A DNA stretch of 64,000 nucleotides, taken from Eledone cirrhosa (Eukaryota). Location of the stretch: the NCBI GenBank assembly GCA_964016885.1, contig CAXHJY010000837.1, positions 28,620 through 92,619 on the forward strand, in the 5' to 3' direction. The position numbers were made by a program, and so were the translations under genes. Below are positions 38,271 through 52,182 of the stretch, in pieces. Within the stretch, counting starts at the first letter, position 1; the number at the start of each line of letters is the position of its first letter. A model generated the notes under the pieces. It did not search any database. It saw nothing but the letters and a program-made list of their open reading frames with translations, and was not told where the DNA came from.

Positions 38271-41200
38271 TACCCAAGCTGTGAATAACTTTAAATTTGA
38301 TTCTGACAGAACTTTGTCGTAACTTTTAAAGAAGATCATCGACTATTTTGAAAAATAAATACGAAATATTAGTGAATAGACGAACTCATCATGGCAAAAA
38401 GTACAAGTCTCCTTCGACCAATTCGCAATTACAACTGTAGTACACAGTGGAGCTACGAGCTTAACAAAGTATTATATGAAGCATACAAACAATCTGAACC
38501 CCAAAAGTTCGGTTTTATGCAAAGGCTAAAAACTTTATGGAACTCCAAACACCCAGAATTAGACTTTTCTCCAAAGCATTTAAATGAACAGGCAAAACGT
38601 ATCATTAGATGTAAATTGATACATCTAACGGAATCGAGTGATACTACAAATACAGCCCTTGTAGACAACCACCCCACCTCCACTGACAGACAGAGAGAAT
38701 GGCCAGCTAAATCTAACAGTGAACAGCTCACCAACAATTTTGCTGAAATCCATCCCACTTCCACTGAAGAAGAGCGAGAAAGGTCAGCTGACTCTAGTAG
38801 TAATTGTCACCACATCAACAACGAGGCTGAAATTCATGACTCTACTGAACAAACAGAGCACCAAAAACTTGTGGGCTCCCTACAAGTGATATGGAACGAT
38901 ATGTTTCAAGAGATACACAGCCTTAATGTGAGTGACAGACCATACAACACTAGAGTCAGTAAAGAACCCACTAAATTGGAATTGGAAGCGGTGAACGAAA
39001 TAGCTGGCAGTTATCTGAAGGCTATATGATCTAAAGGTGTAGAAACGACATTTGAAACGCTTAATGTTTTGTTATATGTTTCAGCTGTCACATTGCTATC
39101 ATATAACACACATCTAAAACTACGCAATCAAGATACAAGCAGAAAGCCTGAACCAGCGTGGATGCGAAATTTAAAATCCAAAATTTTGTCCCTGAGACGA
39201 AGTATCTCACACATCGCAGTCGTTATGAAATGCAACATAGAGAGCAACTTCACACGACACCAGGAAGACCTAAAGAAAAAGTTAGAGAGACGATTTGGAG
39301 ATACCAAATTTAAAACTTTGAACTCCAAATTACACCAGTTGAAACAACAACTCACAGCTACAACAGAAAGACTAAAATATAAGTCAACAGCACATAAACG
39401 ACAAGTGCTAAATAGATTGTTTTCCAGAGATCCTAAATCAGTTTATCGCAGCTTCGGTGGCAAAAGCTCAATCTCTGTAAACGACACCCCTTCAAAAGAA
39501 CAGGTTGAGAGCTACTGGAGATATGTATGGGAAACGGATGACGGATTCAACAGACAAACTAATTGGCTAAAAGAACTGGAACAGGACTACTGCCAACATG
39601 TCCAGACAAAACAATATGACATAGATGGGTCAATACTGGAAACAGCTCTACAGAAAATGTCGAATAGGAAATCGCCAGGCCCAGACCTCATTACAGGATA
39701 CTGGTTGAAGAATTTCACTTTCTATCGGCAAGATCTCATAGGGCTGTTTACAGAAACCATTAAGGGCACACAAGAACTACCCAGATGGTTATCAACTGCC
39801 TCTACTCTCCTCATTCCCAAAAATAGCCAAACCACCCTTGCTAAAAATTACCGCCCAATTGCCTGCCAAAACATCATGTATAAATTATATACTGGGTGCC
39901 TTAACCTATTCTTACAGGATCACTGTGCTACCAACAACATCATAACACCTGAGCAAGCTGGTGGAAAGAGGGAGGTGTGGGGTTGCATAGATCACCTACT
40001 AACTAACAAAATGATTCAGGGAAAACCAACAAAGAATCGCAGAAACATGACTGTCGTGTGGCTGGACTATTAAAAAGCATTTGATAGTGTACCTCATGGG
40101 TGGATTGTTAAGGCTTTACAGTTAGCTAAAGTCCCACAACCATTGGCAGCTGCTGTTGAACGCCTGACCAAGAACTGGTACATCAGTTTGATCCTTAGAG
40201 GTGAGAAGGAGCAGGTTAAGACTGATAAGATACATTACCAGAAGGGCATCTTTCAGGGTGATAGCTTGTCAGTGCTACTCCTCGTTCTCTCACTGAATCC
40301 ACTATCTTACCTACTCAGGAAACAAGGTGGACAAAGAAGTGGGCCCAGAAGTATCTCACATCTTTTCTTTGTTGATGACCTGAAGTTGTATGGGCCAAAT
40401 ATCAATGACATCAAGAAACAATTGGACCTCATTACACAATTTTCAACCGACATCAAAATGAAATTTGGTGAGTCCAAGTGTGCATATTTGGCAGTAAAAC
40501 GTGGAAGAGCTGTGCCCTCCTCTAGAAATCTAGAGATGAACGGCCTGACAATACAACCTCTGCAGTCAGGTGACAACTACAGATATCTTGGACAAGATGA
40601 GAATGTCAGATATGATGGACCCATAAATAAGGAGAGAACCAGAACTGAATACCTCAGAAGAGTAAAGAAAATATGGTCATCAGAACTGTCAGCATACAAC
40701 AAATACATTGCCCACAATACTTATGCTGTGCCAATTCTAACGCCAACATTTGGCCTACTGAACTGGTCATTGCAAGAACTAAGTGAGATGGATGTTAGAA
40801 CTCGAAAACTTCTCAGTGTTACTGGGAACTTTAACATCAATGGTGATGTGGATAGGCTATACTTCTCACGCAAGGAAGGTGGCCGGGGTCTAAAATCAAT
40901 ATTAACAACATATGAGACCCGGATAGTAACACTGAAGCAACACCTTCAACAGAGGAAAAAGGTTGGCAACCATCTTGCCCAGGTTTATGACCATGAAAAA
41001 AGAAATATCATTAGAATAGCGACTGATCTGGAGGAGAGATATGGAATAAAGCCTGATATAAATCTCTCACCCAGAGAAATCGGAAGATCCTATTCAATGT
41101 TCAAACAAGATAAAAAAATTGACCAATTTACAGAAAAAGTTGTGCATGGATACTTGAGGCGTAAAACACAGACCATAGAGGGGATAAACCACTCAAAAAG

Positions 41201-41981
41201 CCTGGCATGGAGTTCCGACAAGTTTATGACATCACACCTTGAGGGATATCTCTATGCAATACAGGAACAAGAACTCCCTACCAAATATCTGCTGCACAAA
41301 AGAGGAGGGCCAGCAGCTGACAATAAATGTAGGCTATGTAAAACAAAGATCGAGGATGTAAGGCACAGTGTTGCCAGCTGCGAAAGAATGTCATCTTGCT
41401 ACTACCTCCCCATGAGACACGATGGGATAGCTAGAACCATCTGGAACGCACTTCGGAAAACAAAATTAACAACAAACGAGGAAGAATATATTGAGACAGA
41501 TGGCACTAAGGAATACTGGTGGAACCTGAAAATAAAAACTGCCACCAAATTAAAGCACAACCGGCCTGATATTGTAGTTTGGGACCACACATTGAAAACG
41601 TGTTCTCTTGTGGAGATCAGCTGCCCACTTGATGTAAACGTTGTCAGAAAAATACAGGAGAAGGAGGACATCTACGGACCATTGATGAGGAGTTTACAAA
41701 TCCAGTATCCAAGATACACCTTTAGCTTCATACCCATCATTATTGGTGCTACGGGTTATATACCAACCCGCTTGGACCAAAGTATGACTGAACTTGGATT
41801 TGCGGACAAAAAGCGCAGCTCCCTAATTCATAGTCTACAAATGGCTGCGATAGCTGGCACCTTCAAAAGTTGCAAAATATTCTTGCGATTCAAGGGATGA
41901 CAATTTCTTTTCTTTTACAACCTTGCCACCAGTAAGGTGGCCGGTCAAAAAAATTTACTCGAAATTAAGAGAAAGAGAAAA
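38271..41981 (+). mobile_element. Full-length R4/Dong-like RLE non-LTR retrotransposon with two premature stops
   Basis: ORFs 38391-39029, 39069-40073 and 40143-41900 share one frame; N-terminal W..ELN..LY.AY..S.P..GF..RL..LW; RT (KSPGPD, YRPI, WLDY*KAFDSVPH, GIFQGDSLS, FVDD); CCHC CRLC..H....C; RHD; RPDIV..E RLE; TA/TACA flanks. Confidence 0.9.
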
Positions 41982-42323
41982 CATACATACATATATATAT
42001 ATACATACATATATACATACATAAATATATATATATACATACATACATATACACATACATATACATACATATATACATATATATATATACATACATACAT
42101 ACATATACATACATATATACATATACATACATATATACATACATATATACATATATATATATACATATACATACATATATACATACATATATACATATAT
42201 ATATATACATACATATATACATATATATATATACATACATATATACATATATATATACATACATATATACATATATATATATACATACATATATACATAT
42301 ATATATACATACATATATACATA

Positions 42324-42359
<36 letters not shown>

Positions 42360-42385
42360 CATATATATACATACATATATACATA

Positions 42386-42435
<50 letters not shown>

Positions 42436-42575
42436 CATATATATATATACATACATATATACATATATATATATACATACATATATACATATATATATAT
42501 ACATACATATATACATATATATATATACATACATATATACATATATATATACATACATATATACATATATACATA

Positions 42576-42611
<36 letters not shown>

Positions 42612-42769
42612 CATATATATATACATACATATATACATACATATATACATATATATATATACATACATATATATATATACATACATATATACATATATGT
42701 ATATATACATATATATACATATATATATATATACATATATATACATACATACATACACATATATACATG

Positions 42770-42802
<33 letters not shown>

Positions 42803-42994
42803 ATACGCTCATATATATATATATGTATACATATATATATATATACATATATACACACATATATATATATACATATATACACACATATATATATATACAT
42901 ATATATATATATACATACATATATATATATACATATATATACATATATATATATATACATACATATACATATATATATATATACATATATATAC

Positions 42995-43042
<48 letters not shown>

Positions 43043-43088
43043 ACACACATATATATATATATATATACATATATATACATATATATAC

Positions 43089-43141
<53 letters not shown>

Positions 43142-43392
43142 CATATACATATATATACATATATATATATATATACATATATACATATATATATATATAC
43201 ATATATATATACATATATATATATATATACATATATACATATATATACATATATATATATATACATATATACATATATATATATATACATATATATACAT
43301 ATATATATATATACATATATACATATATATATATATACATATATATATACATATATATATATACATATATATATATACATATATATATATAC

Positions 43393-43439
<47 letters not shown>

Positions 43440-43622
43440 CACATATATATATATACATATATATATATATACATATATATATATACATATATACATATAT
43501 ATATATACATATATATATATACATATATATATATACATATATATATATACATATATATATATACATATATATATATACATATATACATATATATATATAC
43601 ATATATACATATATATATATAC

Positions 43623-43669
<47 letters not shown>

Positions 43670-44072
43670 CATATATATATATACATACATATATATATAC
43701 ATATATATATATACATACATATATATATACATACATATATATACATATATATATATACATATATACATACATATATATACATATATATATACATACATAT
43801 ATATACATATATATATATACATATATACATACATATATATACATATATATATACATATATATATATACATACATATATATACATATATATATATACATAC
43901 ATATATATACATATATACATATATATACATATATATATATACATATATACATACATATATATACATATATACATACATATATATATATACATATATACAT
44001 ACATATATATATATACACATATATACATACATATATATATATACATATATATATATACATATATATATATAC

Positions 44073-44157
<85 letters not shown>

Positions 44158-44210
44158 CATATATATATACATATATATATACATATATATATATACATAT
44201 ATATATATAC

Positions 44211-44256
<46 letters not shown>

Positions 44257-44277
44257 ATATATATACATATATACATA

Positions 44278-44318
<41 letters not shown>

Positions 44319-44833
44319 ACATATATATATATATACATATATATATATACATATATATGTGAAAAAATGGGGAGAAGAATACTGCAGGTTGCACATGGAT
44401 AACATGTTATAAAATGAGTCCCTCATCAGTGATTTGCCGACGATCATAGATATTTCATTGCATTAAAAATCATATACCTCACGATATATATACATATATA
44501 TATATACATATATATACATATACATATATATACATATATATATATACATATATACATATATATATATACATATATATACATATATACATATATATACATA
44601 TATACATATATATATATACATATATACATATATATATATACATATATATATATACATATATACATATATATATATACATATATATATATACATATATATA
44701 TATACATATATATACATATATACATATATATACATATATACATATATATATATACATATATATATATACATATATATATACATATATATATACATATATA
44801 TATACATATATACATATATATATACATATATAT

Positions 44834-44866
<33 letters not shown>

Positions 44867-44873
44867 TATATAT

Positions 44874-44906
<33 letters not shown>

Positions 44907-44913
44907 TATATAT

Positions 44914-44946
<33 letters not shown>

Positions 44947-44973
44947 TATATATATACATATATACATATATAT

Positions 44974-45006
<33 letters not shown>

Positions 45007-45111
45007 TATATATATACATATATATATATATACATATATACATACATATAAACATACATATATATATACATATATATATATATACATATATATATATACA
45101 TATATATATAC

Positions 45112-45142
<31 letters not shown>

Positions 45143-45235
45143 CATATATATATATACATATATATATACATATATATATATATACATATATATATATACA
45201 TATACATATATATATATACACATATATATATATAC

Positions 45236-45281
<46 letters not shown>

Positions 45282-45489
45282 ATATACACATATATATATA
45301 TACATATATACATATATATACATATACATATATATATATATACATATATATATACATATATATATATACACATATATACATATACATATATATATATATA
45401 CATATATACATATATATATATACATATATATATATACATATATATATATATACATATATACATATATATATATACATATATATATATAC

Positions 45490-45525
<36 letters not shown>

Positions 45526-45640
45526 ATACATATATATATATACATATATATATATATACATATATACATATATACATATATATATATACATATACACATA
45601 TATACATATATATATATACATATATATATATACATATATA
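41982..45640. repeat. Interrupted (TA)n/(TACA)n microsatellite (~3.6 kb) with a 125-bp island at 44358-44483
   Basis: Directly visible. Confidence 0.97.
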
Positions 45641-45680
45641 TGATGGCTGCCCCCTCGTTATCGAGTATGGCCATTGCACA
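45641..45680 (-). mobile_element. Isolated 3' tip of a BovB-like RTE
   Basis: TGGCCATACTCGATAACGAGGGGGCAGCCATCA on the minus strand matches the 3' end at 37368-37400. Confidence 0.6.
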
Positions 45681-45716
45681 ATAAAAAAAAATAAAAAAAA
45701 TAAAAAAAATAAAAAA

Positions 45717-45754
<38 letters not shown>

Positions 45755-46014
45755 TTTCTTTATTAACCACAAGGGTTTACATAAAGTAGACATTAAGGAC
45801 AGTGCAGGACAATGCAGGACGGTACAAATGGGCATTTCTGCGTGTAAAAAAACAAAAACAGAGGATGTAACAAAAATAACAATGAAAATAACAATGAAAA
45901 ATTCCCCAATAGGGGGGAGACTTCGGAGGGACATTTGTGGAGAAAGCCCAGTAAAAAGCCACAATGACCCTGACCACCAAGGCAAGTGCCCTCTCCCAGT
46001 TTTCCACCTTTAGT

Positions 46015-49000
46015 TTACAGATATATACTCAGAGTCGGCCCATTCACTCGGGCCATTCTTGCTTCTCTCACCCATCTTTCAACAAAATGCTGGGAAGAGA
46101 GCACTTCCTTCTCTACTCTGATTTTCCTTTTCAAATGAAATTTGAAAAAGTCAATCAGAGCATCACCGAAGAGGTAAGTGCTCGTCTTCAGCCCTTTCAA
46201 ACGTGTCCACCATACTATCTCTTTCGCCATGGCCACCAGACAGATAAAAACTGCCTGCCCTTCCCGGCTAAAGGAGGAGGGCGGGGCAATCCTCACGATA
46301 GACTCAGATGATAGCTGGATCCGTCCTAAACGCGACAGCAGGTGTTCGACATAAACCCACAAGTCAGCAATTTTCGGACACTGGACGAGTGCGTGCAGGA
46401 CGGTTTCGTCGCCCTGCGCGCATCTCGGACATGCCCGGCTGATGGCACCTCCATGCCTGTAGAGTTTATCCCGAACTGGCAAGGCTCCTCGGTAGCACTG
46501 CCAGGCCAGAGATTTCTGGAAGTTGTCCATAGGCCCCGGCCCGAAAGTTCTTCCGAAGAGATTGGCTAGTTGATTTTCGTCGAGGCCTAGAGTTTCCCCA
46601 AGTACGTCGTCGCTCTTCCCCTCCACTAATCCTCTATAGAACGCCGAGGTGGAGTTTCCACCGATCACATTGCCCGATTGGTCGAGGGCTGTGAGCGCCT
46701 GAAGACATTCCAGTCTCCAGGCGCTCCCTCTCGGTCTTCGCTTGACCCAGGACTGCAGCTCCGTCAAGGAAACGAGCTGGGGAAAAACGCGTCTAGCAAA
46801 CGGCGACCACACCTGATCACCGTCGAGGAAGAGGTGGAGATGTCGTAGCCTGAGCGCGTGCCTGCGCATCATCAGCCACGGCATGCCCAGCCCTCCACGT
46901 AGCGGGTGTTGACAACAGATGGACCGCCTGACCATCGGAGCACGTCCCTTCCACAAAAAGCGAAAGAGCAAACGCTCCAGCGCAGTCAGGCGAGGCTTAG
47001 GACAAGGTACGACGGTTAGGCGGTAGCAGATGACAGACGCGATGTACGCGTTAGCCACCTCCGCTCGACCTTTCAGGGATAGCTTCCTCTCCGCCCATTT
47101 CTGGGTGAGAGAAGCCACCCTGCTCGTCACCTCGTCCCAGTTTTTGTCCGTCTGGAGGTCCGGACCGAACCAGACCCCTAGCAATTTAACCGGTCCGTCC
47201 GTCCAGCGCCCGACGACGCTGTTGGACGGCATGGACCTGCCTCTCCAGGTGCCGAGCTGCAGACCCACTGACTTTTCCTGGTTGATCATTGCTCCTGTCA
47301 CCGCTTCGTATTCTCTTAGTGTAGTGCCGATCGACTCGATGTGTTTGGCGTTCGACACCAATACGGTGACATCGTCCGCATATGCTGACACGGATCTTCC
47401 GCATCCTAGTTCGCGCGGGACTCCCCTCAACGTCTCCAGTTTGTGCAGTAATGGCTCGAGAGTCAATACGTACAAGAGGGACGAGAGGGGACATCCTTGG
47501 CGGACCGAGCGCATGATGTTGAACGGTTCCGACAGGTGACCGTTCACTCTCACCACAGAGCAGATGTCGCTGTGCATGGCAGCGATCCAGCCTCTGAAGA
47601 CGGGCCCAAAGCCAGCCGCCCTCAGGACTGCCGCTAGGTAACGATGGTCGACCCTATCGAAAGCTTTCGACTGATCTAAATTGATCAAGGACCCACCCGT
47701 GCCAGGTTCCCTAGCTACCCTCTCTACGATGTATCGCATGAGGTGGAGGTTGTCGTGGATGGATCTGTCGGGAATGGCGCATGTCTGCGCCTCTCCCACC
47801 AGACCACCAACGACAAGCGCCAACCTCTTTGCTAGCACCTTGGCCAAAATCTTAAACTCTGTGTTTAGCAGAGTTATGGGCCGGAAATTTTCTATGTTAT
47901 CCCCCTTGTTCGGATCCTTTCTCAGCAGTGCCACCGCTCCTCGGCTCACAGAACTGGGAATTCTCCCGTTCTGTTGCCAGTTGCAGTAGACGTCCGCCAA
48001 GAGGCCTCCGAACAAGTCTGGCATCTGTACGTAAAGTTCATAGGGCAGACCATCCAAACCAGGCGATTTACCCCTTGTGCAGCCAGTCATTGCCTCCCTT
48101 ACTTCAGCGGCTGTTATCGGCTTTTCGCAACACTTCGCCTCAGTGGCCGAGAGCCGCGGCAGTCCGTCGAGGTAGACACTAAAGTCCATTCCTCTACCCG
48201 GCCCACCGCTGCCCCCGAACAGCTGAGCGAAGTGTCGCTGAAAAGCTTCACACATTTGCCCGGGATCGAGTAGCATGCGCCTGTCGTGGTCCACCAAAGA
48301 CCGGATCGTGGCTTTATTGCCACGACGCGCCTCCGCCACTCGGGCCCATTGAACGGCTTTCGTCCCCTCGTGTCTGAGAGCACGCACCCTTGCTCTGACA
48401 ACGCAGCCTTCGTGCTTTGCATTGAAGAATTGGTCAAGGGCCAATTTCGCCGCAAGCACGTCGGTCGCAATGCCTTTGCTAAGCGCCTCGTCTAATTTTC
48501 TAACTAGTTCTCCCTCTGCTCTATTTTTCTCTATTGCTAAAGCCTTACTAAATCTAATCGATTCTATTCTAATCGCTCTTTTCAGAGCAAACCACCACTT
48601 GTTGTTGACGATGGCCCCCGTCAACGCCCGCTTAACTAGTTCGCTAATCCGGTCTCTGTAGGCCTTGCGCGCTGGTAAGGACGCGTTTAGCTTCCAGTAG
48701 CCGGGTCCTCGTCTATGAAGCCTATCTAAGTCAAGCACACAGATCACGAATTTGTGGTCCGTGTAGCTGACTATCTTGAATTGTGGACAGCCTATGCTAG
48801 ACCTATCTATTTCCCTACAAAATACTCTATCTAGATATGATCTGGATGACCCTATGCGGTTTGTCCAAGTCCACATTGGCACATTCGGGAAATCCAATCG
48901 GTACCTGTCAGACAGTTCAAAACGCCTGAGCAGGTTGGTGAGGCTCTTGCACCCTCCACCCCTATCCGCTAATCCCACACAGTCCCAGCGTGCATCTAAG

Positions 49001-49434
49001 ATCCCGTTCCAGTCGCCCACTAACACTAAAGAGCGGGACGTTCCAAGAAAGGTCTCCAGACGCCGGAAGAAATCAGGCCGCCCTGCTCCTGTCGGGGCAT
49101 AGACGGCCACTAGCCTGAAAGCTTGCCCGTCTCCGCTGGTCACGTCCAGCACCACCAGCTTACCCTCTGGGTCCAGGAAGATGGCCCGTATGGCGAGATC
49201 CAAACCTCTCCGAAAAAGTACAGCAACTCCTCCACCGGATCCAGGACGGCTGGGAGATGCGTACACATCGTAGCCGCCGAAGATCGGTGCGAAGGCCCGT
49301 GCTTCGGAGATTCTGGTCTCGCTGATGGCCACTACATCTATGTTTAGTGACCTGAGGTCGTTGAGCAGGTGACCCTGCTTCCATGACGACCCCAAGCCAC
49401 GCGCATTTATGCTGCCTATTCTGAGTGAGGTCAT
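46015..49434 (-). CDS. Tx1 ORF2: APE endonuclease, reverse transcriptase, C-terminal CCHC
   Basis: 1139 aa: [80 protein letters not shown]. Confidence 0.95.
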   Translation of the reverse strand: MTSLRIGSINARGLGSSWKQGHLLNDLRSLNIDVVAISETRISEARAFAPIFGGYDVYASPSRPGSGGGVAVLFRRGLDLAIRAIFLDPEGKLVVLDVTSGDGQAFRLVAVYAPTGAGRPDFFRRLETFLGTSRSLVLVGDWNGILDARWDCVGLADRGGGCKSLTNLLRRFELSDRYRLDFPNVPMWTWTNRIGSSRSYLDRVFCREIDRSSIGCPQFKIVSYTDHKFVICVLDLDRLHRRGPGYWKLNASLPARKAYRDRISELVKRALTGAIVNNKWWFALKRAIRIESIRFSKALAIEKNRAEGELVRKLDEALSKGIATDVLAAKLALDQFFNAKHEGCVVRARVRALRHEGTKAVQWARVAEARRGNKATIRSLVDHDRRMLLDPGQMCEAFQRHFAQLFGGSGGPGRGMDFSVYLDGLPRLSATEAKCCEKPITAAEVREAMTGCTRGKSPGLDGLPYELYVQMPDLFGGLLADVYCNWQQNGRIPSSVSRGAVALLRKDPNKGDNIENFRPITLLNTEFKILAKVLAKRLALVVGGLVGEAQTCAIPDRSIHDNLHLMRYIVERVAREPGTGGSLINLDQSKAFDRVDHRYLAAVLRAAGFGPVFRGWIAAMHSDICSVVRVNGHLSEPFNIMRSVRQGCPLSSLLYVLTLEPLLHKLETLRGVPRELGCGRSVSAYADDVTVLVSNAKHIESIGTTLREYEAVTGAMINQEKSVGLQLGTWRGRSMPSNSVVGRWTDGPVKLLGVWFGPDLQTDKNWDEVTSRVASLTQKWAERKLSLKGRAEVANAYIASVICYRLTVVPCPKPRLTALERLLFRFLWKGRAPMVRRSICCQHPLRGGLGMPWLMMRRHALRLRHLHLFLDGDQVWSPFARRVFPQLVSLTELQSWVKRRPRGSAWRLECLQALTALDQSGNVIGGNSTSAFYRGLVEGKSDDVLGETLGLDENQLANLFGRTFGPGPMDNFQKSLAWQCYRGALPVRDKLYRHGGAISRACPRCAQGDETVLHALVQCPKIADLWVYVEHLLSRLGRIQLSSESIVRIAPPSSFSREGQAVFICLVAMAKEIVWWTRLKGLKTSTYLFGDALIDFFKFHLKRKIRVEKEVLSSQHFVERWVREARMARVNGPTLSIYL

Positions 49435-49469
49435 GTTTAAAATAGAGTGGAAAAGATGGGAAAGACCAC

Positions 49470-51566
49470 TTACCGTACTTTTGGTAGAGGAGGGATGGTT
49501 TTTACATCCCTTTTCACTTGATCGTCTGGTGAAGGGACCGTTGAATTGTCCCTTCGGCTGGTCGTCGGCTCTTCTAAGAGAATGTCTGAGTATACTCTTC
49601 GATTGATGGTTCCTCCTAGGTCCCTGAAATCACCAACTGCGTTGGGGAATTTCGTTTTAATATTTGTGTATTGTTTCTGTGCTATTTTTAGCAGTCTTAT
49701 GTTAGTTGGCGTTTTGATTGGTGCTGGTATTATGTAGTCCTGTTGTGAAATGTCTGTGTGTTCAATTATGTAAGTCATTAGTTTCTTGTTGTGTGTATTT
49801 ATTGCCGTGCATTTGTTTTTCTGGGGGTGGGGTGTGGTTCTGCTATTTTCTTGTCGTTGTTGCTGGGTGTGTGTGTTTTGTTGTTGTGTTTGCGATGTTG
49901 GTGCTTGTGGTGGTGGTGTTGAAGGTGTTGTTGGCGGTGGGGTTGTCGCCGGTGGTGATGGTGGCGCTAGTGTGGGTGGTGATGGTGTTGGTGTTGTTGC
50001 TGCTGTGGGTCTCTTTGCAGTAGACTTTACCCTTTTCTCATTTCTTTCCTCCCTTTTCAAAGGCGACGATGCGCTGCTTCTGCGTTTGTGCCTTCTTACG
50101 ACCTTTTGCCATCTCTCTCCCACCTCACACTCCATGTCTGATTCTGTGAGGTCGGGGAGGGGTACCAACTCCACTCTTTCACTTGTTGTTGTTGGTGATG
50201 TTTGCACTGGAGTCTCTGTTGCAGCTGCATTTGGTATTGCTGTTGTTGTTGTTAGTATTTCCACTGCTGCTGCTGTTTTTGATTTCCGTGGAGTGGGTAT
50301 GGGTGCCACGGGCCTATCGTTCCTGGTTGCCGCTTGTCCTGTTGCTGGTAGCCGTGGAGCCGGATTCGGAAGGAGGGGGGTTTTCTCCTTTCTCAGGGTC
50401 TTCTCGTTGCAGAAGGCCCTGAGGTGAGTCTTCGATCCACAGCGAAAGCATTTCGGGCGTTTGCCCTCAACACTTATGGGCAGTTGAGTGCCGTTATCGA
50501 AGTCTATCACATCCGGGATAGCTTCGATGCACTCCTGGTTGGTTTGGATTAGCATCTCAATGGAGGAGCCGACCCAATCTTCTCTTACTTTTTTCTGTAC
50601 TTGCAGTACAGTTGTTTTGTCCTCGATTCCGACGAGGACAGACGCGGCCAGCCAAGAAGGGGTCATTCCGGGGGGGACGTGGGTCAGTTTGACCCTCACA
50701 ATTTTTTGCCCACAGTAGGAGGGCACCAACACCATTTCCTCGCTCCTTAGGGTCACTACTGATTGGGCCTTTGCCTCCTGGGGTGTGGCAAAAAGTACGT
50801 CTACGGTGGCATATTTTTTGCCTCGGGTGATGTGCGTTTTCCGCTGCCACACAGACCCCAAGGCTTTTTGTATTTGGGCCTCTGTGGCTCTTTCCACCCT
50901 ACGGGATTTTGTACTTACTGTACGGTACGTGACCGTACAGTGCTCTTGGGTTTCGAAAAAATTTTTCGCTGCCTTGCAGATTGCTCGGTGTCCGTTCTTT
51001 GTCACCATCTTCTTCGCTTCCTCTAATTCCTCATTTGTTATGAGGATTGTTTCCAAGTTTTTCGCAATACCTGCAAATGAGATTGGTTTTTCTCTGCTGT
51101 TGTTGTTGTCGTCAGAGCTGCTGGTACTTTTGTTGTTGCTGCAGGTACTACGACTACTGCCTCCGCCGCTGTTGCTGTGGTTGTTGTTGGTGTTGCTGCT
51201 GCTAATGCTGTTGTTGTTTATGCTGCTGGTGATGCTGTTGCGGCTGCTACTGTTGTTTTCATTGTCACTGTTGCTGTTGTTATTACGGCTGCTACTGCTA
51301 TTATTCCTGACGTCAGACGAATGAACTGGGTTTTCGTATTTCCCGCACACCTGTTTCGTCGCTGTCGTCGTCGTCGTGGAGAAACCTTGCACGCTTTGCA
51401 CGAGACTTTTCTTTTCTTTCGTCACTTGCGAAAGAGAAGGGAGGGAGAGAGACACATTTAAAGAAGGGAGGGAGAGAGACAATCTTCTCTCTGCTGTAGT
51501 GATGATTGAGGAAGAAGAAGACGGAATGAGTGGGAGTGACGTATGAAATTTCTTTTTCGTAGCCAT
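49470..51566 (-). CDS. Tx1 ORF1: gag-like nucleic-acid-binding protein
   Basis: 698 aa with S/N-rich N-terminal tract, CFRCGSKTHLRAFC zinc knuckle and P/T-rich linker; directly upstream of ORF2. Confidence 0.88.
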   Translation of the reverse strand: MATKKKFHTSLPLIPSSSSSIITTAERRLSLSLPSLNVSLSLPSLSQVTKEKKSLVQSVQGFSTTTTTATKQVCGKYENPVHSSDVRNNSSSSRNNNSNSDNENNSSSRNSITSSINNNSISSSNTNNNHSNSGGGSSRSTCSNNKSTSSSDDNNNSREKPISFAGIAKNLETILITNEELEEAKKMVTKNGHRAICKAAKNFFETQEHCTVTYRTVSTKSRRVERATEAQIQKALGSVWQRKTHITRGKKYATVDVLFATPQEAKAQSVVTLRSEEMVLVPSYCGQKIVRVKLTHVPPGMTPSWLAASVLVGIEDKTTVLQVQKKVREDWVGSSIEMLIQTNQECIEAIPDVIDFDNGTQLPISVEGKRPKCFRCGSKTHLRAFCNEKTLRKEKTPLLPNPAPRLPATGQAATRNDRPVAPIPTPRKSKTAAAVEILTTTTAIPNAAATETPVQTSPTTTSERVELVPLPDLTESDMECEVGERWQKVVRRHKRRSSASSPLKREERNEKRVKSTAKRPTAATTPTPSPPTLAPPSPPATTPPPTTPSTPPPQAPTSQTQQQNTHTQQQRQENSRTTPHPQKNKCTAINTHNKKLMTYIIEHTDISQQDYIIPAPIKTPTNIRLLKIAQKQYTNIKTKFPNAVGDFRDLGGTINRRVYSDILLEEPTTSRRDNSTVPSPDDQVKRDVKTIPPLPKVR

Positions 51567-51781
51567 GTTGTTTTTTGTTTAAAATGAAATTTTGGGTACA
51601 AAACCCCAATAACTGATTATTTAACCCCGAAGGGCCAAATAACGGACAGAAAGACCCCTCTCACGAGGAGGAGGGTGTCTTTATCAACAATTTGGTTCAA
51701 GTTTTAAACAATTTACAATTGTTTTAACGGTTAAAAATTACTATACCTTACAGAGCCGACCCTCCGTCAACCATGGCATTC

Positions 51782-51817
<36 letters not shown>

Positions 51818-51854
51818 AAAAAAAAAATAAAAAAAAAAAAAAATAAGGGAAAAG

Positions 51855-51887
<33 letters not shown>

Positions 51888-52009
51888 TATACACATATAT
51901 ATATATACACATATATATACACACACACATACATACACATACATACATATATACACACACACATACATACACATACACTCACACATATATACACACATAC
52001 ATTAATAAC

Positions 52010-52061
<52 letters not shown>

Positions 52062-52134
52062 GCAATAATAACGACAACAACAATAATAATATACATATTC
52101 ATATATATATACACACACACGCACGCACATAAGC

Positions 52135-52174
<40 letters not shown>

Positions 52175-52182
52175 GATAGCAA

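Larger units (their letters stand above)
45753..51781 (-). mobile_element. Intact full-length Tx1/L1-clade non-LTR retrotransposon (copy 2)
   Basis: Two open ORFs separated by a short spacer, ~215-nt 5' UTR, 3' UTR with AATAAA; (AAT)n on both flanks. Confidence 0.95.

Noticed and set aside
44358-44483. Island with CTGATGAG on the minus strand (possible hammerhead)
   Set aside because: No GAAA or stem III follows stem II; at most a broken Penelope-type remnant.
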